Shown: positions 1-9,447 of the stretch, in pieces
Numbering within the stretch: the stretch's first letter is position 1
Layout of the letters: every line of letters starts with the position of its first letter
Assembly (NCBI GenBank): GCA_029210905.1
Contig: JARGGF010000001.1
Coordinates: 1-29,571, forward strand
DNA: 29,571 nt
Source: Bacteroidales bacterium
Lineage (GTDB): Bacteria; Bacteroidota; Bacteroidia; Bacteroidales; NBLH01
Direction: 5' to 3'
The notes under the pieces: generated by a model
The model's input: only the letters and a program-made list of their open reading frames with translations
What the model was told of the DNA's origin: nothing
Database searches by the model: none
Position numbers and translations under genes: made by a program

Positions 1-202
1 AAACAAAATCTTTAAAAACAAAAATTAATATGCCAAATATTATGGACAGAGACAGTAGGAAACTATGTTTTGAAATCAACTTTCCGAATCCCGACAGTTT
101 AAATGTATCTTTTGTTGAATTTTTTACAACAGTTTTCTGAACTACCCTCTTGTTTGTTTTTTTTATCGTTTTTTGCGGTTTTTTTATTTCTCTTTTACTC
201 AT
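1..202 (-). CDS. Partial CDS running off the left edge: membrane protein with Lys-rich N-terminus followed by a TM helix (possibly YfhO-like)
   Basis: Hand translation from ATG at 202: MSKREIKKPQKTIKKTNKRVVQKTVVKNSTKDTFKLSGFGKLISKHSFLLSLSIIFGILIFVFKDFV..., open to position 1. TATATTTG promoter-like box upstream at 249-256 (- strand). The family guess is weak. Confidence 0.7.
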   Translation of the reverse strand, partial: MSKREIKKPQKTIKKTNKRVVQKTVVKNSTKDTFKLSGFGKLISKHSFLLSLSIIFGILIFVFKDFV

Positions 203-248
203 TTTTTTGAGTCTTTAGCTTGCAGATGATTTTTATTTTAGACAGATA

Positions 249-256
249 CAAATATA
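249..256 (-). promoter_or_regulatory. Bacteroidota sigma-A -7 element (TATATTTG)
   Basis: + strand CAAATATA matches TAnnTTTG on the - strand, about 47 nt upstream of the ATG at 202. Confidence 0.45.
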
Positions 257-493
257 GTATTTCCGATAGAATGAACAAGCTATTGCTGAAAGGTAATCTA
301 TGTAAATAAAAACAAAATAAACAAGGTAAATGGTTGCATCTATAGTAATTTGTCTATTTTTATTTCTCATGTAATCTCTCATATAAATTTTTTAAAATAA
401 AAAATCTGATTCCCCTGCCCATTTTAGCCGAAAAATCAGAATTTTATCCATTTCGATTTTAAAAGTGTTATTGACTATACCTATTAGATATTC

Positions 494-1354
494 TCATTTC
501 GCCCCTTTAAACCTAGCCAGCGCCTCTCTATAAAAATCTATATCTTCCTGTTTATCACCATTTTGTATGGCTTTTTGTAAGGCGATGTCTTCGTGCTTTA
601 CGGCTGCGGTGTAATCGCCCAAGTCAAATAAAATGTGGGCATAGGTATCGTTGTAGTAAGAGCTTCCTGGTTTTGAACTTACAGATTTTGCTGACCATAC
701 TTTTGCGGATTGCAGGGCCATGCGGTCATTAAAATTTGTATAATTTTCGTAAATAAACCAGCAGGCATTGTTGATATGATCATTGTCTGCCTGATCCATG
801 GCGAAATAAATTCCTGCTTTTTTAATAAAATCATTCCATAAGCTTTGGTTGTTTTTATTTGCCGATGAACTTTTATAGGCGGCAACAAATTGATCTTCAT
901 CAACCTGGCCAGGATTATTATTTACCACCGTTTTACCTCCTTTTTTAACCGCTTCCTTACCCAAACTTAAAACATATTGGACATCGCCAGCACCTTCGGT
1001 AGAGTGTACAAGTTCTCCGTTAGCATTAAAAAACAATAAGGTAGGATATGCACGTATTTGAACCCTTGAATTAATTGCCGGCCCATTCAGGTTGGCCTCC
1101 ATGTCAACTTTTAAATTGATGAAATTTTTATTATAAAAATCGCCTACATTCTGTTGTGTAAATATGTTTTTAGAAAGGTAAGTACATGGACCACACCATG
1201 TTGTATAACAATCAACAAATAATAATTTACCTTCGGCACTTGCTTTTGAAAGTGCTTCTTTAAATTGAATATCTTTATAAAACTCAATCCCCTGGCCTTT
1301 GACTATTAAGGCAAATCCTAAACAAAACATCACTAATATCGACAATTTCTTCAT
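494..1354 (-). CDS. Exported thioredoxin-family protein with C-terminal TPR-like helical domain
   Basis: Signal peptide MKKLSILVMFCLGFALIVKG (start moved to the ATG at 1354); active site YTTWCGPC; cis-Pro motif AYPT; C-terminal YNDTYAHILFDLGDY TPR-like repeat. Confidence 0.88.
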   Translation of the reverse strand: MKKLSILVMFCLGFALIVKGQGIEFYKDIQFKEALSKASAEGKLLFVDCYTTWCGPCTYLSKNIFTQQNVGDFYNKNFINLKVDMEANLNGPAINSRVQIRAYPTLLFFNANGELVHSTEGAGDVQYVLSLGKEAVKKGGKTVVNNNPGQVDEDQFVAAYKSSSANKNNQSLWNDFIKKAGIYFAMDQADNDHINNACWFIYENYTNFNDRMALQSAKVWSAKSVSSKPGSSYYNDTYAHILFDLGDYTAAVKHEDIALQKAIQNGDKQEDIDFYREALARFKGAK

Positions 1355-1740
1355 GCTTTTCTTTTTAAAATGAATAATAACTATTGAAGATAGCAATAAA
1401 GTTCTGTATCATAAAATGATTATTTATTTAGTTTGGATATATTTTAAATAACCCGATAATCAAATTCCTGAATTTAGCTCATAAAACATAGGATTTAAGT
1501 TTGAATATCATTACAACATATATGGCAATGCTACTGATGTTTACTTTAAAATACCAAAGGTCTATTACTTCTAGAATTGAGTACCATTAATGCCCAATAT
1601 GGTAAAGCTGGAGCAAGTGAAAATTAAGAACTATGATTTGCAAAAAGCATGACTGGGGCTGCGCTTTCTGTTTAATAGAGATGCTCTACAGGAGTTTTGC
1701 GCCTTTATAATTATTTAGTTACCCATATCACTAAATTCAT

Positions 1741-1748
1741 TATCTTTG
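1741..1748 (+). promoter_or_regulatory. Bacteroidota -7 promoter element (TATCTTTG) for the TA operon
   Basis: Exact TAnnTTTG about 43 nt upstream of the antitoxin ATG at 1791. Confidence 0.55.
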
Positions 1749-1790
1749 TATCATATCAGGATTATTTATACTGGTTAATTAGATAAAGTT

Positions 1791-2018
1791 ATGGAACTAA
1801 CAATAAGTATAAAAGAACAAGGAAAACTTGACTTTGTCCTTCGCTTGCTGCAAGAATTTGACTATGTTGAAATTCTTAATATCAAAGATGATGAAGCATC
1901 CATCTCAATTGAACACAAAGAACTTCTTCAAAAGCGTCTCGAAAGAATAAATAAGGGCGAAACAACTTTCAAAAGCTGGGATTTGATTAAGAAAAAATAT
2001 GAAAAAAAAACATTATAA
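1791..2018 (+). CDS. Putative addiction-module antitoxin (TIGR02574-like)
   Basis: 75 aa; C-terminal ELLQKRLERINKGETTFKSWDLIKKKY pattern typical of these antitoxins; overlaps the downstream ParE-like gene by 20 nt. Confidence 0.78.
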   Translation: MELTISIKEQGKLDFVLRLLQEFDYVEILNIKDDEASISIEHKELLQKRLERINKGETTFKSWDLIKKKYEKKTL

Positions 2019-2319
2019 GATTGAACTATCTGATGAGGCCGAAAAGGATTTCGATATATCTTATCAGTACTATAATACTGAAAATGAAAACGTTGCTGAT
2101 AATTTCTACAAACATATAAACCAAAGTTTTATTCAAATTCAAAAGTTTCCTGCTACTAACCCTAAAGTACATGAAGATGTAAGAAAATTTGTCGTTAAAA
2201 AATTTCCATTTGTCATATATTACCTACTAAAAGAACCGATTATTCGGGTAATTGCCATATTTCACACAAGCAGAAATCCTGAAATTTGGCAGGAAAGGAC
2301 TGTTAACGAAAGTGATTGA
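1999..2319 (+). CDS. parE: ParE/RelE-family type II toxin
   Basis: YKIELSDEAEKDF...YY...I...FP...VRKFVVKKFPFVIYY...IRVIAIFHTSRNP is the ParE-family pattern; coupled to the upstream antitoxin. Confidence 0.85.
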   Translation: MKKKHYKIELSDEAEKDFDISYQYYNTENENVADNFYKHINQSFIQIQKFPATNPKVHEDVRKFVVKKFPFVIYYLLKEPIIRVIAIFHTSRNPEIWQERTVNESD

Positions 2320-2640
2320 TTAACAATAATCCATTGATTGCATTTTTGATAACCATAATCTTGTATATAAGGTTCTACAAGTAAAACAATATCGAATTAA
2401 AAGCGAATTTTTCCCTAACTTAACAAGCAATCAGCGACAAAAATAACCAGAAAAGGCAGAGCCTTCAGAACAGCAACGATTTAGGCAAAGCCTAACTTGA
2501 CCAAAGAAGTTCCGATTTAAAGATGATGAAAATAACTTAAAGAATATTAGATACTAATAAACTGCCATTAAGTATTAAATTATGCTTTTTTGAACAAATT
2601 AAATATTGCCCTAACATTAAACCTAGATAATTTATATGGC

Positions 2641-2940
2641 ATGGTTGAAAGAAATTCATTACTATTATCAATCCAACGAGCATTACTATTCAACATTCTA
2701 GCTTATATTCGATTTATTTTTATTGAAGTGGAAAAAGGTCCGTTCCTTAAAATCTGGATATATTCTGATAAGGAATTAAATGAAAGTGAAAAAGAAATAT
2801 ACTATTCTGTAGCTGGAGAAGTTGTAGGTGATTTCACTGAGTTGAATAATCAAGATGTTGAAGTTCTCTTTTTTGTAGATCAATCTAATTTTGAAAATAT
2901 TCAAAAATTAACTAACCTTGTATATGCACGGTATGAATAA
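2641..2940 (+). CDS. Hypothetical protein resembling polymorphic-toxin immunity proteins
   Basis: About 99 aa from the ATG at 2641 (track start 2590 is a TTG). LLLSIQRALL...EKEIYYSVAGEVVGDF...VYARYE resembles small immunity-type proteins I recall; not verified by search. Confidence 0.55.
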   Translation: MVERNSLLLSIQRALLFNILAYIRFIFIEVEKGPFLKIWIYSDKELNESEKEIYYSVAGEVVGDFTELNNQDVEVLFFVDQSNFENIQKLTNLVYARYE

Positions 2941-2959
2941 AAAAAATAAAGTACACTCC

Positions 2960-3511
2960 TCATTTCACCCTCCCCGGATTCCTCCCAATAAAATCCTTCC
3001 AGCTGTTAAAGCTTGTGCCATTGGTTAGTGCATTGTTTTGAAAAAAGTGACAGACGGCAGCGGCCAATCCATCTGTAGCATCAAGTAAATCGGGTATATC
3101 TTTAAACTTAAACATGCCACGTAGAATGGAAGCTACCTGTTCTTTTGAGGCGTTTCCATTGCCGGTTATGGCAATTTTTATTTTCCTTGGGGCATATTCA
3201 AATATAGGAATGGTCCTGTATAGCGCTGCCGACATGGCCACACCCTGTGCCCTGCCCAGTTTAAGCATAGATTGCACATTTTTTCCAAAAAACGGGGCTT
3301 CAATCGCCAGTTCATCAGGGTGGTACTCATCAATTAACTGAAGGGTGCGGCTAAATATTTTCTGCAGTTTCAGGTAATGATCAGTATATTTTCTTAGTTC
3401 CAGTACACCCATTGTAATCATCTGAGGTTGTTTGCCTTGTGCCTGTATTAAGCCATAGCCCATTACCGAAGTTCCCGGATCAATCCCTAGTATAATTCTT
3501 TCTTTACTCAT
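2960..3511 (-). CDS. ruvC: Crossover junction endodeoxyribonuclease RuvC
   Basis: [43 protein letters not shown] and [12 protein letters not shown] motifs. Confidence 0.97.
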   Translation of the reverse strand: MSKERIILGIDPGTSVMGYGLIQAQGKQPQMITMGVLELRKYTDHYLKLQKIFSRTLQLIDEYHPDELAIEAPFFGKNVQSMLKLGRAQGVAMSAALYRTIPIFEYAPRKIKIAITGNGNASKEQVASILRGMFKFKDIPDLLDATDGLAAAVCHFFQNNALTNGTSFNSWKDFIGRNPGRVK

Positions 3512-3708
3512 TCACACTTCACCTTCCTCTTTAAGCTTTTTAAACCTATGCATTATCAATTCTGGTTATTTCAATTATCAACTGCAGAATAAATCATTGG
3601 AAATTTATTGTCTTTTTGAAAAACAATATTCATTATTCCAACTACAAAAGTCAGTGTATATTTGAACTTAGTATATTAGTATATTGATTCTTAAAAACCT
3701 ATTCTTGT

Positions 3709-3735
3709 AATAAACAAATAAACCAATAAACAACA
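3709..3735. repeat. AATAAAC short-period intergenic repeat, copy 1
   Basis: aataaacaaataaaccaataaacaacaa; the 15-mer aataaacaaataaac recurs at 13739. Confidence 0.55.
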
Positions 3736-3866
3736 AAAAAATATCTCCTAACTAAATGTCATTGAATGACTCATGACTGCAACAAAAAATAAAATATTTT
3801 CAAAATGCCACATCCGATAAATAAACCTTGAACCCAATCAGGTCCCTTTGTGCTATTATAAATACT

Positions 3867-4775
3867 TCAAGTACTTCTTCCAAACTTTTTCCTTTTGTCT
3901 TTTATCTTTACCTGCTGCACGAAAATACCCAAAATAATAAAAACCAGTCCAAAAATTGTTGTTTTATAAATGGCTTCGCCTAAAAACAAATGTATCCAAA
4001 GCAAGGCAAAAAATGGTGATATAAAAACCAGATTGCTTAATTTATCGTTTCGTCCAACCATTTGCAAAGCTTTTAACCATAAAATGAAAGTAAAACCCAT
4101 TTCAAACAAACCAATATAAAACACTGATAATATGCCCTTTAATGGAGGTATTTTAAATTCGGAAAACATTAAAAGTGCCATTGTGGTAAAAATAAAAGAT
4201 GAAATAAAACCCATGCACAATTTTAATAATTCCGGACGTTTGTCCTTAACGTTGGCTATCCAATACAAGGCCCAAATAACCGAACTAATGGTAGCAAGGA
4301 AAATCCCGAAAGGTTCTTCAATTTTAAAGTCGAAAAAAGCATCGCGCGATGAAATTAAATACACCCCTGAAAAGCTGATAAGAATAGCTACAAAACTTTT
4401 TAAATGGAGTTTCTGACCCAAAAAAGGTACAGATAGCAACACCAGCATAATTGGCCAGGTATAATTTAGCGGTTGGGCCAATTGTGCGGGTAAAAGCGTA
4501 TATGCTTTTAGTAAAACCATGTAATAGGCAAACGGGTTCAAAAACCCATGTAAAAAAGAAAAGAAGTACTGCTTACGCGAAAATTTAAACAGTAATTTTA
4601 GCTCTCCTCTAAAATAGAGAAATACCAAAAATAAACACACTGAAATAAACGAGGAATAAAACAGCAACTGAATAAAATCCATGTATTGCAAGGCTATTTT
4701 AAAGGCCACGGCCACAGTTGACCAAATTAAAATGGCACTTATTCCATAAATATAAGCTAAATTGGTTTTTTTCAC
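3867..4775 (-). CDS. EamA/DMT family transporter
   Basis: 302 aa, about 10 TM helices, two EamA halves (AILIWST..., AQPLNYTWP, FILWLKAL, LVFISPFFA). Confidence 0.92.
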   Translation of the reverse strand: MKKTNLAYIYGISAILIWSTVAVAFKIALQYMDFIQLLFYSSFISVCLFLVFLYFRGELKLLFKFSRKQYFFSFLHGFLNPFAYYMVLLKAYTLLPAQLAQPLNYTWPIMLVLLSVPFLGQKLHLKSFVAILISFSGVYLISSRDAFFDFKIEEPFGIFLATISSVIWALYWIANVKDKRPELLKLCMGFISSFIFTTMALLMFSEFKIPPLKGILSVFYIGLFEMGFTFILWLKALQMVGRNDKLSNLVFISPFFALLWIHLFLGEAIYKTTIFGLVFIILGIFVQQVKIKDKRKKFGRST

Positions 4776-4812
4776 TTTATCGTTTTAAAACAACTTGTTA
4801 TGTTATAAAATT

Positions 4813-5913
4813 TTACACCCTTATCCCCAGGATTAAAATATCATCTATCTGTCTTCTGTCCCCTTTCCATTTGTTTATTTTTTCTTGCAACAAAATTTGT
4901 TGTTTTTCCAACGTTTCATGGGCAATTTTTTCTAAGAAAAGCTTAAGGTTTTTTGATAAAAACTTTTTCCCGGTTTTCCCACCAAATTGATCGGCATATC
5001 CATCGGAAAGCAGGTATATCATGTCACCATTATTTAAGTCAATATTTACACTATTATAATTGTGTTTTGCAGATTGAAGCATGCTTATAGATTGAATATC
5101 AGTTCTGAATTGTTCCAGTTTATTAATATTATCAGCAGTCTTTCTTACAAAATACAATGGATGCATGGCTCCTGAATATTCTACCACTTTTTGAATTTTA
5201 TCTATGATACAAACTGAAATATCCATCCCATCATAGGTGCGTTCTTCAGATTCGGATTTTGTAAGTGCCCCGGCCATCTTTTCCCTCAATTCGTCCAAAA
5301 TCATGGCAGGGTTTATTTTTATTTTATTAATGCTTGCCCTTTGCACTATATCGTTCAAAAATGAAATGCCTAATACACTTACAAAGGCCCCCGGTACACC
5401 ATGGCCTGTGCAGTCCGCAACAGCAACTATGGTTTTGCCATCATACTCATCAACCCAATAAAAGTCGCCACTTACAATATCACGGGGTTTAAAGTAGAGG
5501 AAGTGATGGTTTAACAACCTGTCAAGCTTAGCCTCAGAGGGTAACAGGGCCGATTGAATTTTACCGGCATATTTTATACTATCACGTAAATCCCTGTTTT
5601 GTAATTCAATTTTTTTATTTTGCTTTTCAATTTCTTCTTTTTGCTGCATTATTTTTTTTAGCTGCAATTGGGTAAATTTGGCCCATAAATATTGCGTTTC
5701 GAATACAATTAAAAAAGTACACAGCAAACTGATATACTTGGCATATTTAGCATGAAAATTAAAAGCCTCGTTATCCAAATGTTCGGGAAATTGATAGGAA
5801 AACAAAAAAACAGTAAGTAAAATAAAGAGGGTGAAAAAAAACATTTCAAATATAAGCATCTGTTTTTTAGACAGATAAAATATACCCCAGACTTTGATTT
5901 TCAAATCATCCAT
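4813..5913 (-). CDS. Membrane-anchored SpoIIE/RsbU-type PP2C serine phosphatase
   Basis: Two N-terminal TMs, a coiled coil (QQKEEIEKQNKKIE), then SIKYAGKIQSALLP, PRDIVSGDFY, DCTGHGVPGA, DGMD, SDGYADQFGG and DDILILG motifs. Confidence 0.93.
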   Translation of the reverse strand: MDDLKIKVWGIFYLSKKQMLIFEMFFFTLFILLTVFLFSYQFPEHLDNEAFNFHAKYAKYISLLCTFLIVFETQYLWAKFTQLQLKKIMQQKEEIEKQNKKIELQNRDLRDSIKYAGKIQSALLPSEAKLDRLLNHHFLYFKPRDIVSGDFYWVDEYDGKTIVAVADCTGHGVPGAFVSVLGISFLNDIVQRASINKIKINPAMILDELREKMAGALTKSESEERTYDGMDISVCIIDKIQKVVEYSGAMHPLYFVRKTADNINKLEQFRTDIQSISMLQSAKHNYNSVNIDLNNGDMIYLLSDGYADQFGGKTGKKFLSKNLKLFLEKIAHETLEKQQILLQEKINKWKGDRRQIDDILILGIRV

Positions 5914-6075
5914 GCCCCAAAACTCTTGATCTTGAAAATTAAAATTAGATAAAATTTCAGTTCCGGCAATTAATTTTGCCTAAACAAAACTTAGTAAATA
6001 ATACTTTGTAAATTCATTTTCAGATATCTATCTTAGCACCAGAATCATATATTAGTTTTACCAATCCGTATTATT

Positions 6076-6528
6076 ATGAAAAAAAAATGGATCTTCATCA
6101 TTTTACTAGTTTTGCTGGTACTCGTCCAGTTTATCAGAATTGATAAAACCCATCCTGACATAGATAAGAATAAGGATTTTATTAGCCTTACAAATCCTCC
6201 TCAGGAAATTGCCAAAATGATAAAAACCAGCTGTTACGATTGTCATTCATACGAAAGCAAGTATCCCTGGTATGCTGAAGTAGCACCTGTTTCGTGGTAC
6301 CTTAAAAACCATATCAATGAAGCCCGTGAAAGGGTAAATTTCTCTGAATGGGCGGACTATACCAAAGAAAAAGCTGCAAGGAAGCTACATGCCTGCGCCG
6401 AGGATGTTGACGAAGAAGAAATGCCATTAAGTTCCTATACCTTTGTACATGGTAAGGCAAGTCTAAATAAAGAACAAATTAAACAGTTAAGCAATTGGTT
6501 TGCAGACCAAGCCAAACTGGAAAAGTAA
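6076..6528 (+). CDS. Exported monoheme c-type cytochrome (Haem_bd family)
   Basis: N-terminal hydrophobic anchor; SCYDCHS CxxCH motif; YPWY; EMPL with a likely axial Met. Confidence 0.88.
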   Translation: MKKKWIFIILLVLLVLVQFIRIDKTHPDIDKNKDFISLTNPPQEIAKMIKTSCYDCHSYESKYPWYAEVAPVSWYLKNHINEARERVNFSEWADYTKEKAARKLHACAEDVDEEEMPLSSYTFVHGKASLNKEQIKQLSNWFADQAKLEK

Positions 6529-6628
6529 GGGGTATTATCATGTGTCTGCTTTGATTTTTACTATGCCTTTTTTTTTACATTATCATTAATTTTTTATTTC
6601 TCTGCTGGAATAAAGTTATTTTTGATGC

Positions 6629-7036
6629 ATGGAAACGGAATACTCAAATATTGTCCTGTTCGATGGTGTTTGCAATCTTTGCAATGGCGGAGTGCAATTT
6701 ATTATCAAACGCGACAAAAAAAATATTTTTAAATTTGCTGCACTTCAATCTGAATTTGGACAGGCTCAACTTGTTAAATATAAGCTGGATACATCAAGTT
6801 TTGATTCTTTTATTCTGATAAAAAATGAAGCTATTTTTCAGAAATCAACCGCAGCTTTAAAAATTGCCAAAGAATTAAAAAGTGGCTGGCAATTTTTTTA
6901 TGTATTTATTATTATCCCAGCTTTTATTAGGGATTGGCTTTATGACAGAGTTGCCAAAAACCGCTACCGGATGTTTGGGAAAAAAGATTCGTGCATGATT
7001 CCAACTCCTGAATTGAAAGCTAAATTTCTTGGGTAA
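6629..7036 (+). CDS. DCC family (DUF393/YuxK-like) thiol-disulfide oxidoreductase
   Basis: IVLFDGVCNLCNGGVQFII (DxxCxxC), FAALQS, YDRVAKNRYRMFGK. Confidence 0.93.
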   Translation: METEYSNIVLFDGVCNLCNGGVQFIIKRDKKNIFKFAALQSEFGQAQLVKYKLDTSSFDSFILIKNEAIFQKSTAALKIAKELKSGWQFFYVFIIIPAFIRDWLYDRVAKNRYRMFGKKDSCMIPTPELKAKFLG

Positions 7037-7105
7037 ATATCAAATAAAACGTGTTAACTGCAAGTTAAATCTACATAATGATTAATGTCCTCTCCATATT
7101 TTTAT

Positions 7106-7113
7106 TATCTTCG
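7106..7113 (+). promoter_or_regulatory. -7 promoter-like element (TATCTTCG)
   Basis: One-mismatch TAnnTTTG followed by CA, 63 nt upstream of the lipoprotein ATG at 7176. Confidence 0.4.
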
Positions 7114-7175
7114 CAAGATATCATAAATATTTAATAACTAATCAATTAACATTCAATATTCATTAAAATTAAATT

Positions 7176-8273
7176 ATGAAGACTAAAAATCTTGTTTATT
7201 TATTAAGTCTGCTTGCTTTTTTAAGCTTTGGCATCATAGCCTGCAATAGCGGGGAAAAAGAAACTGACGAAAACACTGAAACAACACAAGCTGTAAAACA
7301 CTTCAGACATATTTTGTTTAGCGAAACAGCTTTTGACGGTATTAATGGCGCACATGAAATAAGTGCCGATCAGGCAAAAAATATCAATAATTACAAATTC
7401 ACTTACGATGAAAAAAACAGACCTGTAAGCATAGAATTTTGTCGTGATAGCATTCTATTGGATTATTCCTCAACAGGTGCAGCTAAAATTACGTTTGATT
7501 ATACTGACAGTACTGAAACCCGTCTTTATTTTGATAAGGATAATCAGCCAAAAGTGGTTAATGGTGAAGTATTTAAGTCCGTTTTTAGTACCGATGCCAC
7601 TGGCATGCGCACTGGTTTAAAGTTCTTTGATAAAGAAGGAAATCAAATTGAAAACCGCAATAAAATAGCCAGCTACACCTGGTCGAAATTACCAGACGGA
7701 ATGGTTAAAGAAAACCGTTATAACATGGCTGGCGAAGAAGTGGTTATGAACGAGTTTTGTCCTTTCTACGAGCTTCGGTTTACTTATGATGACAGAGGTT
7801 TTGTTCAAAGAATGGCCAACTACCAGGCCGATACTTTATATAATTGTACAGCAGAAAACTGCGGCGATATCGGTGTTTCGTATTTTTCTTTTGATATTTC
7901 AGACAAAGGAGATTTACAGAAATTTACTGTCTACAATACTGTTGGCCAACTTTCGAATCTTTACTGGGGATGGGCTAAATTTGAAAATAAATTTGATGAA
8001 AATGGTTATGTTACCGAAAGAGCTTTTTGGGACCAGGATGACGAGTATTTAGCCGGAAAATCAGTACCTGTGCGCCAGATTAAATATGACGAACACGGAG
8101 CAAAAATTGAAGAAGTACTAATGGATGGCGAAAGAAATGTTATTAATGATCCGAATAATGGCATTGCTATTTTTGAATACAAATATGATGAGCAGGGACA
8201 TCCCACCGATACCATTCGCTACGACAAAGAAAGAGTAGTGATTGCACCTAAAAATACAACTGCAGCAATGTAG
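7176..8273 (+). CDS. Hypothetical lipoprotein with YD/RHS-like beta-hairpin repeats
   Basis: Lipobox IIAC at residue 23; repeats YDEKNRP, YDDRGF, FDENGY, YDEHGA, YDEQGH. Confidence 0.75.
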   Translation: MKTKNLVYLLSLLAFLSFGIIACNSGEKETDENTETTQAVKHFRHILFSETAFDGINGAHEISADQAKNINNYKFTYDEKNRPVSIEFCRDSILLDYSSTGAAKITFDYTDSTETRLYFDKDNQPKVVNGEVFKSVFSTDATGMRTGLKFFDKEGNQIENRNKIASYTWSKLPDGMVKENRYNMAGEEVVMNEFCPFYELRFTYDDRGFVQRMANYQADTLYNCTAENCGDIGVSYFSFDISDKGDLQKFTVYNTVGQLSNLYWGWAKFENKFDENGYVTERAFWDQDDEYLAGKSVPVRQIKYDEHGAKIEEVLMDGERNVINDPNNGIAIFEYKYDEQGHPTDTIRYDKERVVIAPKNTTAAM

Positions 8274-8415
8274 TTAATATTAACCTGGTAACTTAAAAGT
8301 GGCTGTATTAAAAGAATAACTGAAGACATGAAATTTAAAATGTTAAAGTGGTTCTTTTAAAACGGCCTCTTTCCATTTTGAGAGGCTATTCAAAACAACC
8401 AATAACTAACTAATA

Positions 8416-9447
8416 ATGAGATATTTAAAAATATTATTGCTTGCTTTTTTAGTGTTTAATTTTGCCTGCAATTCCGCTGAACCCAAACAAGAAAACACAG
8501 AGCAGACAGAAGCACAAAAGCAACCAGAGGTTAAATTAAATCCGGAAGCCAAGCTACTTATGGATTACCTGAACGAGATGGGAGATTATGTTAACAGTCG
8601 TGATTTCCCTTCATTAATTAAGGCTTCTGTTGTTTATGAGGAATTAGATAAAAAAAATCTGGTAATTGATATCAGGAAAGAGGAATATTTTAAAAAAGGG
8701 CATATTAAAGGCGCTGTAAACGTCCAGTTTAGTGATATCCCAGAATATTTTGAATCAAAAATAAAACCTTTTGAATACGACAGAATTATCATTGCCTGTT
8801 ATTCAGGGCAATACGCAAGTTATACCACATCCTTGCTCCGCTTAATGGGTTATGGTAATGTGTATGCAATGCGCTGGGGCATGAGTGGTTGGAACAAAGA
8901 ACTGGCAAAAGATAACTGGTTAAGTGCTATTTCATCAAAATACGAATCAAAACTGGAAACCAAAGAGAATGAAAAACCAAATGTTGGGACTTTTCCCGTT
9001 TTGAATACCGGCAAAACCACCGGTGAAGAAGTGTTACAAGTACGCATAAAGCAATTATTTGCAGAAGGAGTTAAAGAAGCTACCATAAATGCCGATGCCG
9101 TATTTGAAAATCCTTCGAATTACTTTATCATTAACTATGATAGAAAAGACAAGTATGAAGCAGGCCATGTACCCGGGGCCATTCGTTACAAACCCAAAGG
9201 AACATTGGGAATTAAAGATGAAATGGCAACCATTCCATCAGATAAAGATCTTGTGGTGTACTGTGGAACAGGCCATAACTCAGGTTTTGTAAGCGCCTAC
9301 CTTCAATTATTTGGTTACAAGGCACATACACTTATTTACGGCAACAATAGCTTTATGCATGATAAAATGTTAGCTGAAAAAGAAAAACTTTCGTGGTTGC
9401 CTTTTACTGAAGATTTGATTGAAAATTATCCGGTGGTTAAAAACTAA
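8416..9447 (+). CDS. Tandem two-domain rhodanese (sulfurtransferase) lipoprotein
   Basis: Lipobox NFAC; two rhodanese signatures (IDIR...GHIKGAVN; YEAGHVPGA); active-site loops ACYSGQYA and YCGTGHNS both carry Cys. Confidence 0.88.
   Translation: MRYLKILLLAFLVFNFACNSAEPKQENTEQTEAQKQPEVKLNPEAKLLMDYLNEMGDYVNSRDFPSLIKASVVYEELDKKNLVIDIRKEEYFKKGHIKGAVNVQFSDIPEYFESKIKPFEYDRIIIACYSGQYASYTTSLLRLMGYGNVYAMRWGMSGWNKELAKDNWLSAISSKYESKLETKENEKPNVGTFPVLNTGKTTGEEVLQVRIKQLFAEGVKEATINADAVFENPSNYFIINYDRKDKYEAGHVPGAIRYKPKGTLGIKDEMATIPSDKDLVVYCGTGHNSGFVSAYLQLFGYKAHTLIYGNNSFMHDKMLAEKEKLSWLPFTEDLIENYPVVKN

Noticed and set aside
1520-1710. Degenerate REP-like or ncRNA sequence upstream of the TA pair
   Set aside because: Only scattered GC-rich words (gctggagc, ctctacaggag); no convincing stem or second copy in the window.
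3512-3660. Possible pseudogene fragment upstream of ruvC (- strand pieces FILQLIIEITRIDNA* and FKKLKEEGEV*)
   Set aside because: The fragments are short, in different frames, and match no family I can name; indistinguishable from AT-rich noise without a search.
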